64,000 nucleotides of DNA, from the NCBI GenBank assembly GCA_023334545.1, contig JAADVB010000053.1, forward strand, positions 24,282 to 88,281. Reading direction: 5' to 3'. The translations under genes were made by a program, and so were the position numbers. Every line of letters begins with the position of its first letter. Within the stretch, counting starts at the first letter, position 1. The notes under the pieces are model-generated. The model saw nothing but the letters and a program-made list of their open reading frames with translations, had not been told where the DNA came from and ran no database searches. Of the stretch, positions 1-12,281 are shown one piece after another. The stretch is from Salisapilia sapeloensis CBS 127946. Its lineage: Eukaryota; Protista; Oomycota.

Positions 1-479
1 AAGATTTTCCACGCGCCATACAGGTCGAGTACCGAGTCACGGCAGCTGCGGATGAATTTGACGCAGCAGGAGGAAGTGTCTGGCTCTGCATAGGCACGTA
101 TGTTCTCCTCCAGCTCTGTTGTCAGAGGATGCAGCGAATTGGAGAGACGATAGGGAGTAGCGTAGCCTAACATGGAATGTGCATGTACTTGACGATGCTT
201 TATTTAGGTTGTGTTGACGGACGGAAGAGAGTATTAGTGCGAGAGATCACTCGATGTGTAGAATCCATGGTGATCTTCCGGCATGTCGTTTCAAGATTCC
301 ACTATCCAGACGTATCCGGATGTAGACGACTGAATCCGCCAGGTTTCCATAGGAATGGCATCATGAGAAGAAGATACATTCCTTTTGAAACGTAGGCCGT
401 CTTCGCACTGGATAGTGATTCGGCAAAATTACGGAGTCTCATTTTGTAATTCTGTTCATGATCATCTAACCGGGCAATT

Positions 480-1030
480 CGGCATTCACTGAGAATAGCC
501 GATTTTGCTTTGCCACTTACCATCGGAAACCTAGCGTAGCGCTTTAATACAATTTCCCCCTTGTCTGCAATCAGGAAGAAACGATCTTCGAGAGGACTTC
601 AAGGCACGCCTGATACTCGAGATACGCAAATGTGCAAATGTGCAAATGCGCGTGAAAGACTCAGTGAGTTCTTCGCTTTACTTGCGCTATTGAGCTCTTC
701 GCTTTTATTTCGGAACAGACAGAGTACAGTGATGGACGAAATGATTGAGCGATATTTATGATTCGCACTGTACCTCGTCCCACTAAAATGGCAAAGAGCT
801 CAATACCGCAAGTAAATCGAATAAAACTTCAACTTGAATGATATCGTCGAGAAGCCACGATATGCTCGACGCCATTCCCCACTGGAGCATGACAAAGGAA
901 CAAACGATATACGTGGAAAGCGAAGTGATAGTAGGGCGAATCGCCAGACTTGGGCATTGTTTTCTAGTACAGCCTTTGTGTTTTTGTGCATAAAATGCTT
1001 CTTATTCCTCGCATTACCCGATTATACGCT
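480..1030. repeat. Dispersed repeat copy 1 (diverged homologue of about 54005-54640); probably a decayed minus-strand gene
   Basis: Collinear shared blocks with 54005-54640: gccgattttgcttt..catcggaaacc, tcttcgctttacttgcgcta..agctcttcgct..tatttcggaacag, gcaagtaaatcgaat, gagcatgaca.aggaac. No intact ORF in either copy. Confidence 0.85.
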
Positions 1031-1235
1031 CAACGGACACGGCCTTAGTGGGTGCACTATTGTTGAGTATACCCTTTCTTCCTTGCCCGAGACACAAGAA
1101 GCTGAAGACAATAGATACCTTGACGTCCCATCTGATGGGACGTCAACTTCAATAGCGGGTACGTGACTGGTACACTATCTGATTCGTTTGCTCAACCATC
1201 TCACATTCCATTCGACTGTCGTCAATCTTCCTCCC

Positions 1236-2691
1236 ATGTCGACCTCCGATCGTACGGACGATGGGCCTCCCTCCATGGTCAAGACGGGTATCTACAAGTA
1301 TGAACGCAATAGGATGAGCGACGAGTTCTTTTCCCCCGGACCTCAGAGGTACCATTCCTACATGCTCATCAATCCATCCGAGTCTGATTACACCTCCTAG
1401 CACACTGCGCACAGCGAGTCTTTCGTCCGCCGTCTTCAATTTAGTCAGCACTATCATCGGCGGAGGTGTACTCTCCCTCCCGTACGCCTTCGACAAGTGT
1501 GGCATCGTCCTCGCCGTCTTCTTCATGCTCCTGTGTGCCGCTGCTGCCAACTTCAGTCTGTACGTCCTCGTAAGCTCCAGCCGTCGAGGCCGTGCCAAGT
1601 CATACGAAGAGGTGGTTCGAGCAGCTTTGGGGGAGAAAGCAGGCACCTTTGCGCTTGTGATCCTCGTGCTGCTCACCTTCACGACGCTCATTGCATACGC
1701 TATCTTGACCAAGGACTTTGTCACGAGTCTCGGCTCCCACTTCATCTTCGGTCGAGAGGTAACAACGAGAGAAGCGAACGTCATGACCATCGTATGCATC
1801 ACGCTCATCTCCCCCATGCTCTTCGCCCGTACGATGGACGCACTGCGGTTCACGTCAGTCATGAGTCTCCTGTCGGTGCTCATTCTAGCCATCGCAGTCG
1901 TGACTCGCGCCGTCCAGAGCGTCACAGACATGCCGATGGAGGAGAGGCAGCCTCTCAAAATCTGGCCGACCAGTTGGCTGGATGCGCTGTACGCCTTCCC
2001 GATCATCAGCGTCTCGTTCCAATGCCACTTTAACGTCCTCCCAGTCTACCGTGAGCTGCATAAGCCCACTCGTCGTCGCCTCAAGCTGGTCGTGAGTGCT
2101 ACTGTCTTCTCCTCCTGGCTCTTCTACCTTGTCGTCGGAGCGGCTGGCTATCTCTTTGCGTATCAAATGCCAGAAGGCGTCCAAGGTGACATTCTACAGA
2201 ACTTTGATGTGGACGATCTGCTTATCAACGTCGGTCGCTTCGGTCTACTCGTGACGATTCTGCTGAGCATGCCTCTGGTCATCCAGCCATGCCGCACCAA
2301 CACCCTCCACCTGATCAAGAAGCTGCTGGTGTGGTGGAAGACGCGTTCGTCCGTGACGGAGGAAGAGCGTCAGTCTCTCATGAACCACGTCCCGAACGGC
2401 GGTATCGGACGTACGAGTGCTGCGAGTATCCACGTCATCTTGACCGTCGGTATCATCGTCAGTGTGCTGGCGCTGGCACTTATCCTCCCAGGCGTCGCTG
2501 TCGTGTGGAACGTCATGGGCTCCACGGTTGGTCTCATGGTATCCTACGTCCTCCCTTGCATCTCGTACGTCTACATCCGCACGGAGAAGCCTCAGTCCGA
2601 CAGTCGAAAGGTAGCAGCATGGACGATCTTCGTCTGTAGCGCTATGCTCAGCGTCATGTGCACCGTCCAGTCGTTTGCTGCCATCTTCTAG
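1236..2691 (+). CDS. Amino acid/auxin permease (AAAP, SLC38-like) transporter; one intron at about 1348-1400
   Basis: Spliced frame gives SSAVFNLVSTIIGGGVLSLPYAF, FQCHFNVLP, GDILQNF and about 11 hydrophobic segments. Confidence 0.9.
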
Positions 2692-2763
2692 TTGGATACT
2701 CGTGATATAAAAGAACTGAAATGGAAAAAGTGATCTTTAACGACCTGTATCTCGTTTCGTTCG

Positions 2764-4096
2764 TTACGTGTCTACGTGGACACCTCTTAACGCCCCGTTC
2801 TCTTGCATTACACCTAGCAGCTCCTTGGCGTTTGTATCATGTGGGGCTGCGAGTTCTAGCCACTTGCGTGCCAAGTCGACGTCATGCGGCACTTGGCCGT
2901 AGCCACGTCGGTACATTTGCGCGAGGTTGACCATCGCCATGACAAAACCTTGATCTGCAGCTCGACGGAAGAGCGTCTCGGCCTGCAGACTATCTGGTCG
3001 AACGCCATCGCCGGTGAGGAATATGTAGCCGAGGTTGAACTGGGCGGTCGCGACGCCTCGTGCCGCTGCTTCCGTGTACAGCTCGATGGCCTTGGTCTTG
3101 TTCTGTGACACGCCTCGACCGTGGTAGTAGCGCTCTCCTAGCTTAGCCTTGGCTTGCGGGTCGCCCATCTCCGCGGCCTTGATCAGCCACCTGACTGCCT
3201 CCGTTTCATTCTACAAGAGCGTGAGGGTGAATGTAAGAGATACAGTGGACGGTACAAGTACTTTGGGAGCGCCTCGACCATCTGCATACATGTTGGAGAC
3301 GTTGAGGAAGGCAGGAGGGAGGTTCTTTTCGGCGCACTTCTTGAAGAGTTCAAACGCTCGTCGTTCATTCTTCTTTACGCCGTCGCCTGTGCTAAGAGCG
3401 TTCGCGTAGGCAAACATGCCCCAGTCATGTCCGTCGTTTGCTAGCTGTTGCATGTTAATATGATGGTTTAGAGACTCGGGAGTTGGATGAGTTTCTACCT
3501 CTCTAAAGTATTGATTGGCACGATCTACTTGTGGAGATGGAAGGCCTGTAGATGGTGCATATGGAGTTAATAAAAGTTAGAGGAGATGGGAATTTTATGT
3601 GACGCACCGATCCCCTTCTTCATGCACATGGCGTAGCTGTATTTGGCTGGATTATTTCCCTGTATGTAGATATAAGAGGTCATGGGTTTGGATATGAGAT
3701 GCATGCATTGGGAAGACACCTTTTCGATGGCTATTTTCCAAAGGTGGATGGCCTTTTGGACTTCTGTCGGATCGCTGTCCGAGTTCGAGTAGATCATGTT
3801 AGCTACTTGACAGAACTGGAAGCCATTACGCAGTCTGGCAACAAAGTCGGAGGATTGGAACTAGACCATCCGATCAACATGACAATTTCTAGCACAGGTC
3901 GACAGGTAGATAAGGTACCTGCTCCAGACTCGAGTCTCGACCAAGTGCTCTCATTTGCGATAAAACATGTCCAAATTCCTATTTCTTTGAGCTTATTCTC
4001 TTACACTGCATGCATCTAGATATCATATCCAACCTGAGCACCTTGTTGCCGCTTTGCGATCCGGCGCTGCCGCATATAGCCGACCAAGCGCTTCAT
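2764..4096 (-). CDS. Sel1-like repeat protein, multi-exon
   Basis: Exon ORFs contain Sel1 motifs: AKAKLGERYYHGRGV, AQFNLGYIFLTGDGV, AMVNLAQMYRRGYG, YANALSTGDGVKKN. The start codon at 4096 is tentative. Confidence 0.8.
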
Positions 4097-4253
4097 GCCT
4101 CGAGACCGAGATCAACTTTTGTTTTATTGTTCCTTTCTCGCGTTTTCCACCAATCCAATCTCTTCGTTTTGATTAACCACCAATGAAAGACCACCATCCG
4201 ACAGCCTCAAGCAGCCATACAGCTACTTTACAGCCTTTGCGATCGCCAGCAGC

Positions 4254-6281
4254 ATGCCGACGGTCGGTGTCAAGCGCGATGAGCTCTTCGCTGCCATGCA
4301 GCAAACGTACACGGACGACGAGTTCGACAAACTCTGCTTCGAGTTCGGCATCGAGCTCGATGACATCACGAGCGAGCGACAGCTCCTCCAGCGCGAGCAA
4401 GGCGAGCAAGCGCAAGGAGGCGAAGACGCTGTCATCTACAAGATCGACGTCCCTGCGAACCGGTACGACTTGTTGTGCGTGGAAGGTCTAGCTCGTGCCC
4501 TCCGAATTTTCCTCCAGAAGGAGTCTCCCCCGACGTTCCAGATCAAGCCTCGATCCGGTGGTAATCACAAGCTCCATGTCAAGTCTAGCACGCAGGTGCG
4601 TTCCTATCGTCTTTGTATTGCACTAGTCAGGAGATTTATGTGTTGATGAGTAGCAAGTGCGTCCGTACATGGTGTCTGCCATCCTCCGCAACGTCCGCTT
4701 CACGCAAGAGCGTTACGACAGGTGCCTTCTAGCATTCATTTATTCCTATCTAGACACATAACTGATCTCTTTCGTGTCAATGTAGCTTTATTGATCTCCA
4801 GGACAAGCTTCACCAGAACATTTGTCGTCGCCGTACGCTCGTGTCGATCGGAACGCACGACTTGGACACGACTGAAGGTCCTTTCACCTACTCTGTACGC
4901 TCTCTCTTCTGCATCTTTGTATAGAAGCATCCTAATGATACACACGTAGGCTGAAGCACCGCAGGAGATCAACTTTGTGCCGTTGGGTCAGTCGAAAGAG
5001 TTCATGTCGAAAGACTTGTTGGATATGTACAAGACCGACCCGGCGTACAAGCACTTGAAGACGTATCCGGACATTATCTACGACTCACCCGTGTACCCAG
5101 TCTTTAAGGACAAGAACGACACGGTCCTGTCCATGCCTCCGATCATCAACAGCGAGCACTCGAAGATTACGTTGGACACGAAGAACGTCTTGTTCGACGT
5201 GACGGCGACGGACATTACCAAGGCCAAGATCGTCCTGAATACGATCATCGCCATGTTCTCCGAGTACTGCGCTGAGCCTTTTAGCGTCGAGCCAGTGGAT
5301 GTCGTGTACGAAGACGCCTCGCACGGCAAGTCGGAGACGACGCCGGACATGAGCCACCGTCTCGTGGAGGTGGAAGTGAAGGACATTTTCTCCATGCTCT
5401 TCGGCAAGAACCAACCTGTTGACTTGGACGTCGATCGTATCTGTCAGCTGTGTGACAAGATGCAGTTGGGAGCCGAGAAGAAGGGAGACGACAAGATTGT
5501 TGTGGATGTGCCTCCTACGCGTTCCGACATTCTGCATCCTGTGGATGTCATGGAAGACGTCGGCATCGCATATGGCTTCAACAACATCCCACTCACGATC
5601 CCTCAGACCATGACGATCGGTCAGCCGCAGGAATTGAATAAACTCGGAGATTCGTTACGTGAAGAGATCAGTCGAGCAGGGTACATGGAGCTACTGACTC
5701 ATGGTCTGTGCTCTCACGACGAGAACTTTGCGTTCTTACGTCGGCAGGATGATGGCAAGAGTGCCGTCGTCTTGTCTAACCCCGCGACAATCGAGTTTGA
5801 AGTCGTACGAACGTCGCTTATGCCAGGCGTCCTCAAGACGCTTCAGAACAACAAGAGCATATCTGTCAAGGAAGGACTCAAGCTCTTTGAAGTGTCCGAC
5901 GTCGTGCTACTAGATGAAGACTCGGATGTCGGAGCACATAACGACCGACGCATCTGCGCTTCGTACACTGGTCACACGGACGGCTTCGAGGTCATCCACG
6001 GACTCGTCGATCGGATCATGCAGCTGCTGGACATTCGTGCCGTGGTGGAGAACCCATCCGAGGCGCAGAAGGCGGCGCAGAGCTATGAAGTCGTGCCGTC
6101 TGATCGCGAAACGTTCTTCCCTGGACGCTGTGCAGATATCATCCTGTACTCGCGCAAGGACGGGAAGGAGACGAAGCAGACGCTTGGATCCTTTGGTGTG
6201 TTGCACCCAGAGGTGTTGCGCAGCTTCGAGCTCATTTACCCGACGTCTGTGCTCGAGATGGAGCTCCAGCCATTGGTGTAA
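4254..6281 (+). CDS. FARSB: Phenylalanyl-tRNA synthetase beta subunit (cytosolic); 3 introns
   Basis: [85 protein letters not shown]. Confidence 0.97.
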
Positions 6282-6384
6282 TGAAAGAGCTATGAATAGC
6301 AAGACGGAAATAGCTGTCGAGATGCGAGTAGTCAAGAGAGAGGAGTAGAAGGCAATAAGACTACGTTTGCATTTTCAAAAGGCA

Positions 6385-7003
6385 TGTCTTCCAAGGATCA
6401 CGAGCTAGATGAACTAAATGATGCCATGGTGGTGTGCAACCCGCTTACCTACGGTCAGAAGACCAATTGGTATCTGCTCTTTTGGTCTTGTAGACACTTG
6501 TGTTAGGTCGTCTTATCGGTTCCTTTGGATGTAGGTCGTCTACCAATGCAGCGGCCAGACAGACCGCTGCTCAAGAGGCAGAGTACGCTAGTAAGCTTCC
6601 GAATCAGTTCGTACTGACGGACAAACGAGACCAGCAACGAGCTTTTGCTGCAGCTGCAGAGGCGGCGAAGCATCCGCCGAGACCATTGCGACCGGATACG
6701 CTTGATTCACCCGAACGAAAGAGTGATCGTGGAGAGCAGAGATTGTTGCCGGAGGAAGTGGTTTCAAATCAGCAGAACGCTAGGATTCCAAAGGCGAAAC
6801 GGAGTAATATGGATGGAGTCTTGAGAGGTATACCGAGAGATAGCTCGGAGCTCAAGTCGACGCAAGGTGATGCGTATGAATACTGCAACGAGATGGATCG
6901 TATGAATCGCGATAAGAATACTGAGCACTTTCGCAAGCGTGACGCGTACTCGGAATACGTCGAGGCGAGAGCTCGATTCAGTAAGATGCATAGTGTCAAT
7001 TAG
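6385..7003 (+). CDS. Hypothetical protein, about 185 aa; one intron at about 6471-6534
   Basis: ATG at 6385 (MSSKDHEL) splices in phase (TG|G) into ORF 6500-7003. No family recognised. Confidence 0.6.
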
Positions 7004-7094
7004 CATGCAGCTAGTCTCTAAAGAACTGGTACTCTACATTAAACTGCTTATGGCTATCGTTTCTCTTGCTCTATTGTCTTTACAGTTCCATAAC

Positions 7095-9560
7095 TCATTC
7101 TGCGTCTTGCACGCTTCTCGTCGCACTATGATACGATTCCTCCGCTCCACTGTCCTTGTCTTCGATGGGCTCACCTTCCGTCTTTATGGCCGATTCTTCC
7201 TCTTCTTCAGCAACACCAGGATGGACAGAGGGATCCGCCGCTAACGCAATTGAAGACAGAGACTCTGCTTGGGCAAGCTAAGAATGGTGTCCGTCAATAC
7301 TGATGAGGAACTTATGCATGGAATATAGAATCGCTACCTGCTGCTTGGCATCTGCTAACGCTGCAAAAAGAAAGTCTTGATGCTTTTCAAAGTCCTTCTT
7401 TCCACGAGAGCTGGCAAGACGATGGATACCGTTATTCATGTCCTGATTGTCATCGCTGCTCTGTAAGCCGTCCTCTCGACGTCCTTTGCCATTCACTTTC
7501 CTCGTTTGCTGTCGTTTGTCTTTTACAATGCCCCTCTTCCCCGTATGTCTTGTGCTTGCATTATTTGTCTCCGGGAGACGCTGCACGGCTGTATAAGGAT
7601 TCTTAATGGAACGCTTCATGGCGCTTGTGTCCGTTTGAGCAACTAGTTCGGACACAGAGCCGACTGCTTTACTGATCGAAGCGTCGTTGCTAGAATGAGC
7701 CAACCTGGAGATGACATCGGCTTGATGCTTCTTGGATTTTTCAGTCCGTCGTTGAGCATGCTCCAGAGCTGTCGCAGTCTCGATCATGTACTGTAGAGGA
7801 TGACCAGTAAGCCCAACTTTACCCTCAGACAGCTCTTGCAAGTATGCTTCCTCTTTGCCAAGCGTAGAACTCTGCTTTTTGATTGTCGAAGTTGGAGGTA
7901 TGTTGTCCATAGATAGAGCAGGCAGCGTCGGTGCTGATGGAAATCGATTAAGCGACAATACCTTGTCACTCACCGATAAACCTGGCAATGTTTCCCCCTG
8001 CTCATGATGAAAGTGTGATACGGGTTTCCACGCGGATGCCGGAGGTTTCTCCTTTCTCCTCGAATTGCTGAATTCAATGCAAGAGACGCTCCCATTCATC
8101 ATGTTGTTCTCTAGTGCTGCATCAAGTGGATCAAGCGGGTCTAGCATTTTGCTCCGCTCCGTGCGATGCCAAGTTGGTCGTAGAATAGCTGGCGCAGACT
8201 GTCGGATAGAATTACTTTCCAACGAAGTTGTCATGTAGTCAGAGTATACAAGGCAGCAGCGTTCACACATGTAAGCTTGTTTATGAAGGAATAGCGGATC
8301 ATATCGATGACGTTCGAGTTCTTCCGCTGTCAAGGACGGATGTAAGAATTTCAGCACGGGAGGTACCAGTAGTTCCTTTTCATCTAGTCTCGTATGCTGC
8401 GTTTTTCCGGCAATGTATGAATTCCGCTTCGCATGTTCATGAAAATGCATGATTCCAAAACCAACTCCGCCGGCGGCATCTATCAATTGCTGGTCTGGCG
8501 GCCACTCTATAGCGAGTCCGTCTTTGTCATTCACTTTCCACTTCAAAAAACGAAGAAACCGCATGAAATGTTCCAGCACTGCCTTGTACGGAACTGGCAT
8601 TAGCCTTCCATCAGATATGACTTGACCACAACTTGTGCATCTTTTCTCGTCCTCATCATTTGCTGTCACAAAGCTGTCGGAAGCTTTCATTTTCAATGGG
8701 GTGGGAATTGCTTTCGCATCGCCGACTATATCTAAAGGCTTTATCGGAGCACCTGATGCACTCGTATCCAAAAGCCTCATCGATGAGCACCATAGCAACC
8801 ACAAACGATCCTCCGAGTCGTTCTTAAGATGCAGTACCATTCGTGCTATCCTGTATTTGTGGTACGAAACTTTGGTGACATGTTCCACAACGCGCTCACA
8901 TAGCTGCTGAACATCGCCTGGTAACATGGCTCCACGGATCGGCTCCGTCCGCGCACTGACCTCATCACCGTCGAATGTAACAGCTCGTTCGAATGCGCTG
9001 TACCTTTGGTCATGAACGTTCTTGCTGTTCACGCGACGTTCAAGTAAGCACACTTTTGGTGACCAAATGACTCGGATGGATGTGTTTGTCGATCCCTTCG
9101 GAAGCACAAACTTCTGCAGGATACCATTAGGCATCTTTTGTCGATTGTAGAGAAACTCTCGAAGCATGCTTGCAGTAAAGTACTCGATGACAGTATTGAC
9201 GCTCGTACCTGGATCATCATCGAAGCCTGGCACTGGGGAAGACGCCGACGAAGATGACAGTTGAGATGGCACATTAGGATTCCCCAAGTAAATGTAGTAC
9301 GCGACAATGTCAGTGGGACTCTTGGATTTAGTGAACTCGTGCTCAATCTGGGGGTTTGTCAGGTTCGATCGGTTCTTGCGTTTAATTTTGCCCGTGCGAA
9401 GGCTGCTAAAGTACCACGCTGACGGTTGTGTCGACCGAAAGAGTATCGTAGATGGAATGAAAACACGTTCTGGCCCACCTCCAAACTCATCTTTGCACCA
9501 GAGAAAGTAAAACAAATTCTCAATGAGGCCATCTCCTTCCAGCGGTAGCGGCGTCGACAT
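7095..9560 (-). CDS. Uncharacterised protein with a possible ATP-grasp-like N-terminal region and Cys motifs
   Basis: 760-aa ORF plus a short acidic terminal exon. Motifs GILQKFVLPKG..IRVIW, CTSCG and MCERCC. Confidence 0.7.
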
Positions 9561-9671
9561 TTACACCAACTATCTGGACCCGTCCCACTGGGCCAACTTC
9601 GATCTATCTTTGTCCAAACGTTACCACCACGGGCCATAGTGGTGTTTCTAATATCAAATTGCGTCTCCAAG

Positions 9672-12174
9672 ATGTCTCTTGCTCCATTACCTTCCACGAT
9701 TCGGGAGGACAGCCCTGAAAAGGCCTCCTCTTCCAAAACTCAAAAAGAGATGGGTGTCCAACACGATCTACAGAAAGCTGCGGATCTATATCGCAAAGGT
9801 CTCGAGATCACGCATCGAGCGACAAGTTATGATGACCAAGTAAGAGCCATCGAAATGTTTAGCTTAGCCATCTCTGTCAGTACAGCTCAGGCCAGATTCT
9901 TCTTAGCAAGAGGGAACTGCTTTCGTGCGATTGGAAACTTTCAGTGTGCTGCAAACGACTACAGTCAGGCGATTACCATAGATGATAAAACTCCTGCGTA
10001 CTATGCAAACAGAGCTGCATGCCGTCGCAAGCTGAACGACTACGTCGGAGCGTTGGAAGATATGACCGCAGCCGTTGATCTAGACATGAAGAAGGGACAA
10101 CATTTTCTTACTAGAGGCCTCCTCTTCGCTGACATTGGGTTCTTACAGGAAGCAATCATTGACTTGACTAAAGCGCTGGAGGAGTCTGCAGCAGAGGAAG
10201 GTGGTAACGGGCGGAGTTCCGCCGGAAGTGGCTTGGGTCCTCGGCTTGAGAGTCGAGCACTGCAAACGCGTGGAACTTGCTTCCGAAAGATTGGCAACAT
10301 GTCCAAATGCATCGATGACCTCCAGAAAGCCATTCAACTCGACACGAGTAACCCAGCGGCATACGCTAGTCTCGGTCAAGCGTATCTTGCGACTAAGAAT
10401 TATGACGACGCTATTGTGCAATACACAGAAGCCATCCATCTCAATAGCTCTATAGCTTCTTACTTTACTCACCTTGGTCTTTGCTACTTTCACAAAGGAG
10501 ACTCGTTTGCACATCAAGCTCTCGATGAGTTTGACCATGCTATCCAACTGAACTGTAAGCCATACGTCCGCTTTTATCGTGGAGCCGTGCACATCGTGCT
10601 AGCATTGGACCTTTTAAAGACTGCTGAGCAGAAGCAGGCGCCTTCCGTGTCCACAAGTAACGCAGAACACACTGACCAGAAGAACGAAACAGCCCCTGAC
10701 AGATTATCATCGCATCCAAAGCGTCCTTCATTTCGAACTACAGCAATTAAGGCTCCGCGAGAGTATGAGGCTGCCATGGAACATCTAAACACCGCGTACG
10801 CAGACTTTAAGACCGCATGGGGGCTTGCACCGAAACAGGCAGATTACCAAGTTGGAATGGCAATCGCGTCACAACTTCTTCAAAAGTATGAAGAGGCAAG
10901 CGCCATCTTGCAGCGTGTGATCGACTCGGAGAAGCATGAAAATGTCAATTTAGTTGCGCTATATCATTCTGCATTGTGTGCTCATCTCTTGAACGATCGC
11001 GAAAGGGCCCTGACGTTGCTATCGGACGCTATTGACGCGCATCCGGACGAAGCACTCTTTTATTTCTCGAGAGGATTGATTCTGCAGGAGATGGCACAGC
11101 ACGAACTTGCGATCACAGACTATACGATCGCAATCGACCTGCACACGGATGCTCCTATAGCTACATGGTACTTTTTGCGAGCCGATAGTCTCTTGCGGCT
11201 CGGAAAGTATCAGGAAGCTGTTGAAGGGTGTACAAGAGCCATTGCAATAGACCCTCATACCGAAATTGGTGTCTACAACACAAGAGGAATGGGTTATCGA
11301 GCTTTAGGAGAACATTTACTAGCTATCGAAGACTTGACGGTATGTCAACATCCACCTATCACTCTACCAGGAAGGTCTTACATCGTCTTTGTGTAGGTTT
11401 GTCTGAAAGCTCATCCTAAATCTGATGTCTTCCACTACCATCGAGGACTGACCTACATGGACGCTCGCCAGTCTTCGAATGCCTTATTGGATTTTAAAGC
11501 TGTGCTTGCTACTCGAACGTCTGACGGCAGGTATCTCTCCATTCGATATATGCACACGAAAGATAATTGATGAATTCATACCGACCGGGTCTAGAATCCT
11601 GTACTATGTAGGTATCAACCACTTTCGGGAGCAGGAGTATGACAACTGCCTTCGGTACCTCCGTTTGTCTTTTGACAATGGACCTCCAGAAGAGCACTTG
11701 TCAGAAATGTACGTAATTGTCTGCAGCTAACGCTTTCTCATCCCTCTCCATGGTTACCACTTGAATAGGTACTACACGATGGGTTTGTCTCTCGCCATTA
11801 CGAATCGAAATGAAGAAGCTGTCGAGTACTTTACGCATGCCCTTGATCATTTACTTGAGTCAACTTTATCGAGTGAAGCACTCCAAGTAACGTACATGCA
11901 TGAACGTGCCAAAGCTCAGCAGCTAAGTAAGAGGTATCGAGAAGCCATTCAGGACTTTACCTACGTCATACGGCACAGTCCGAAGAATGCCCACGCCTAC
12001 TTTCGTCGTGGCTTTGCCTACAAGTCTCTGGGCGATCTACTTCGCGCTGCATCAGACTTGCAAACCGCCAAGCGCTTAGACCCGGAGAACAAGAGTCTCG
12101 CAGTCGAGTACAAGACGATACGACCAGTGGACTGCATCGTACTCTGTCGTCCAGGAGAAGAAAAGGAGTTCTAG
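9672..12174 (+). CDS. Multi-TPR repeat protein, multi-exon
   Basis: Repeated TPR units: FFLARGNCFRAIGNFQCAANDYSQAI, YYANRAACRRKLNDY, AHAYFRRGFAYKSLGD. Confidence 0.9.
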
Positions 12175-12281
12175 TGGAAAAGAGAGGACAAACGGAAAGA
12201 CTACAATTCGCGACTAAGCGTGTTCATTCACCCTTTCTAGACGCAGCATGAAGCCGCTACTGTTTATACTTGTGGACACTT

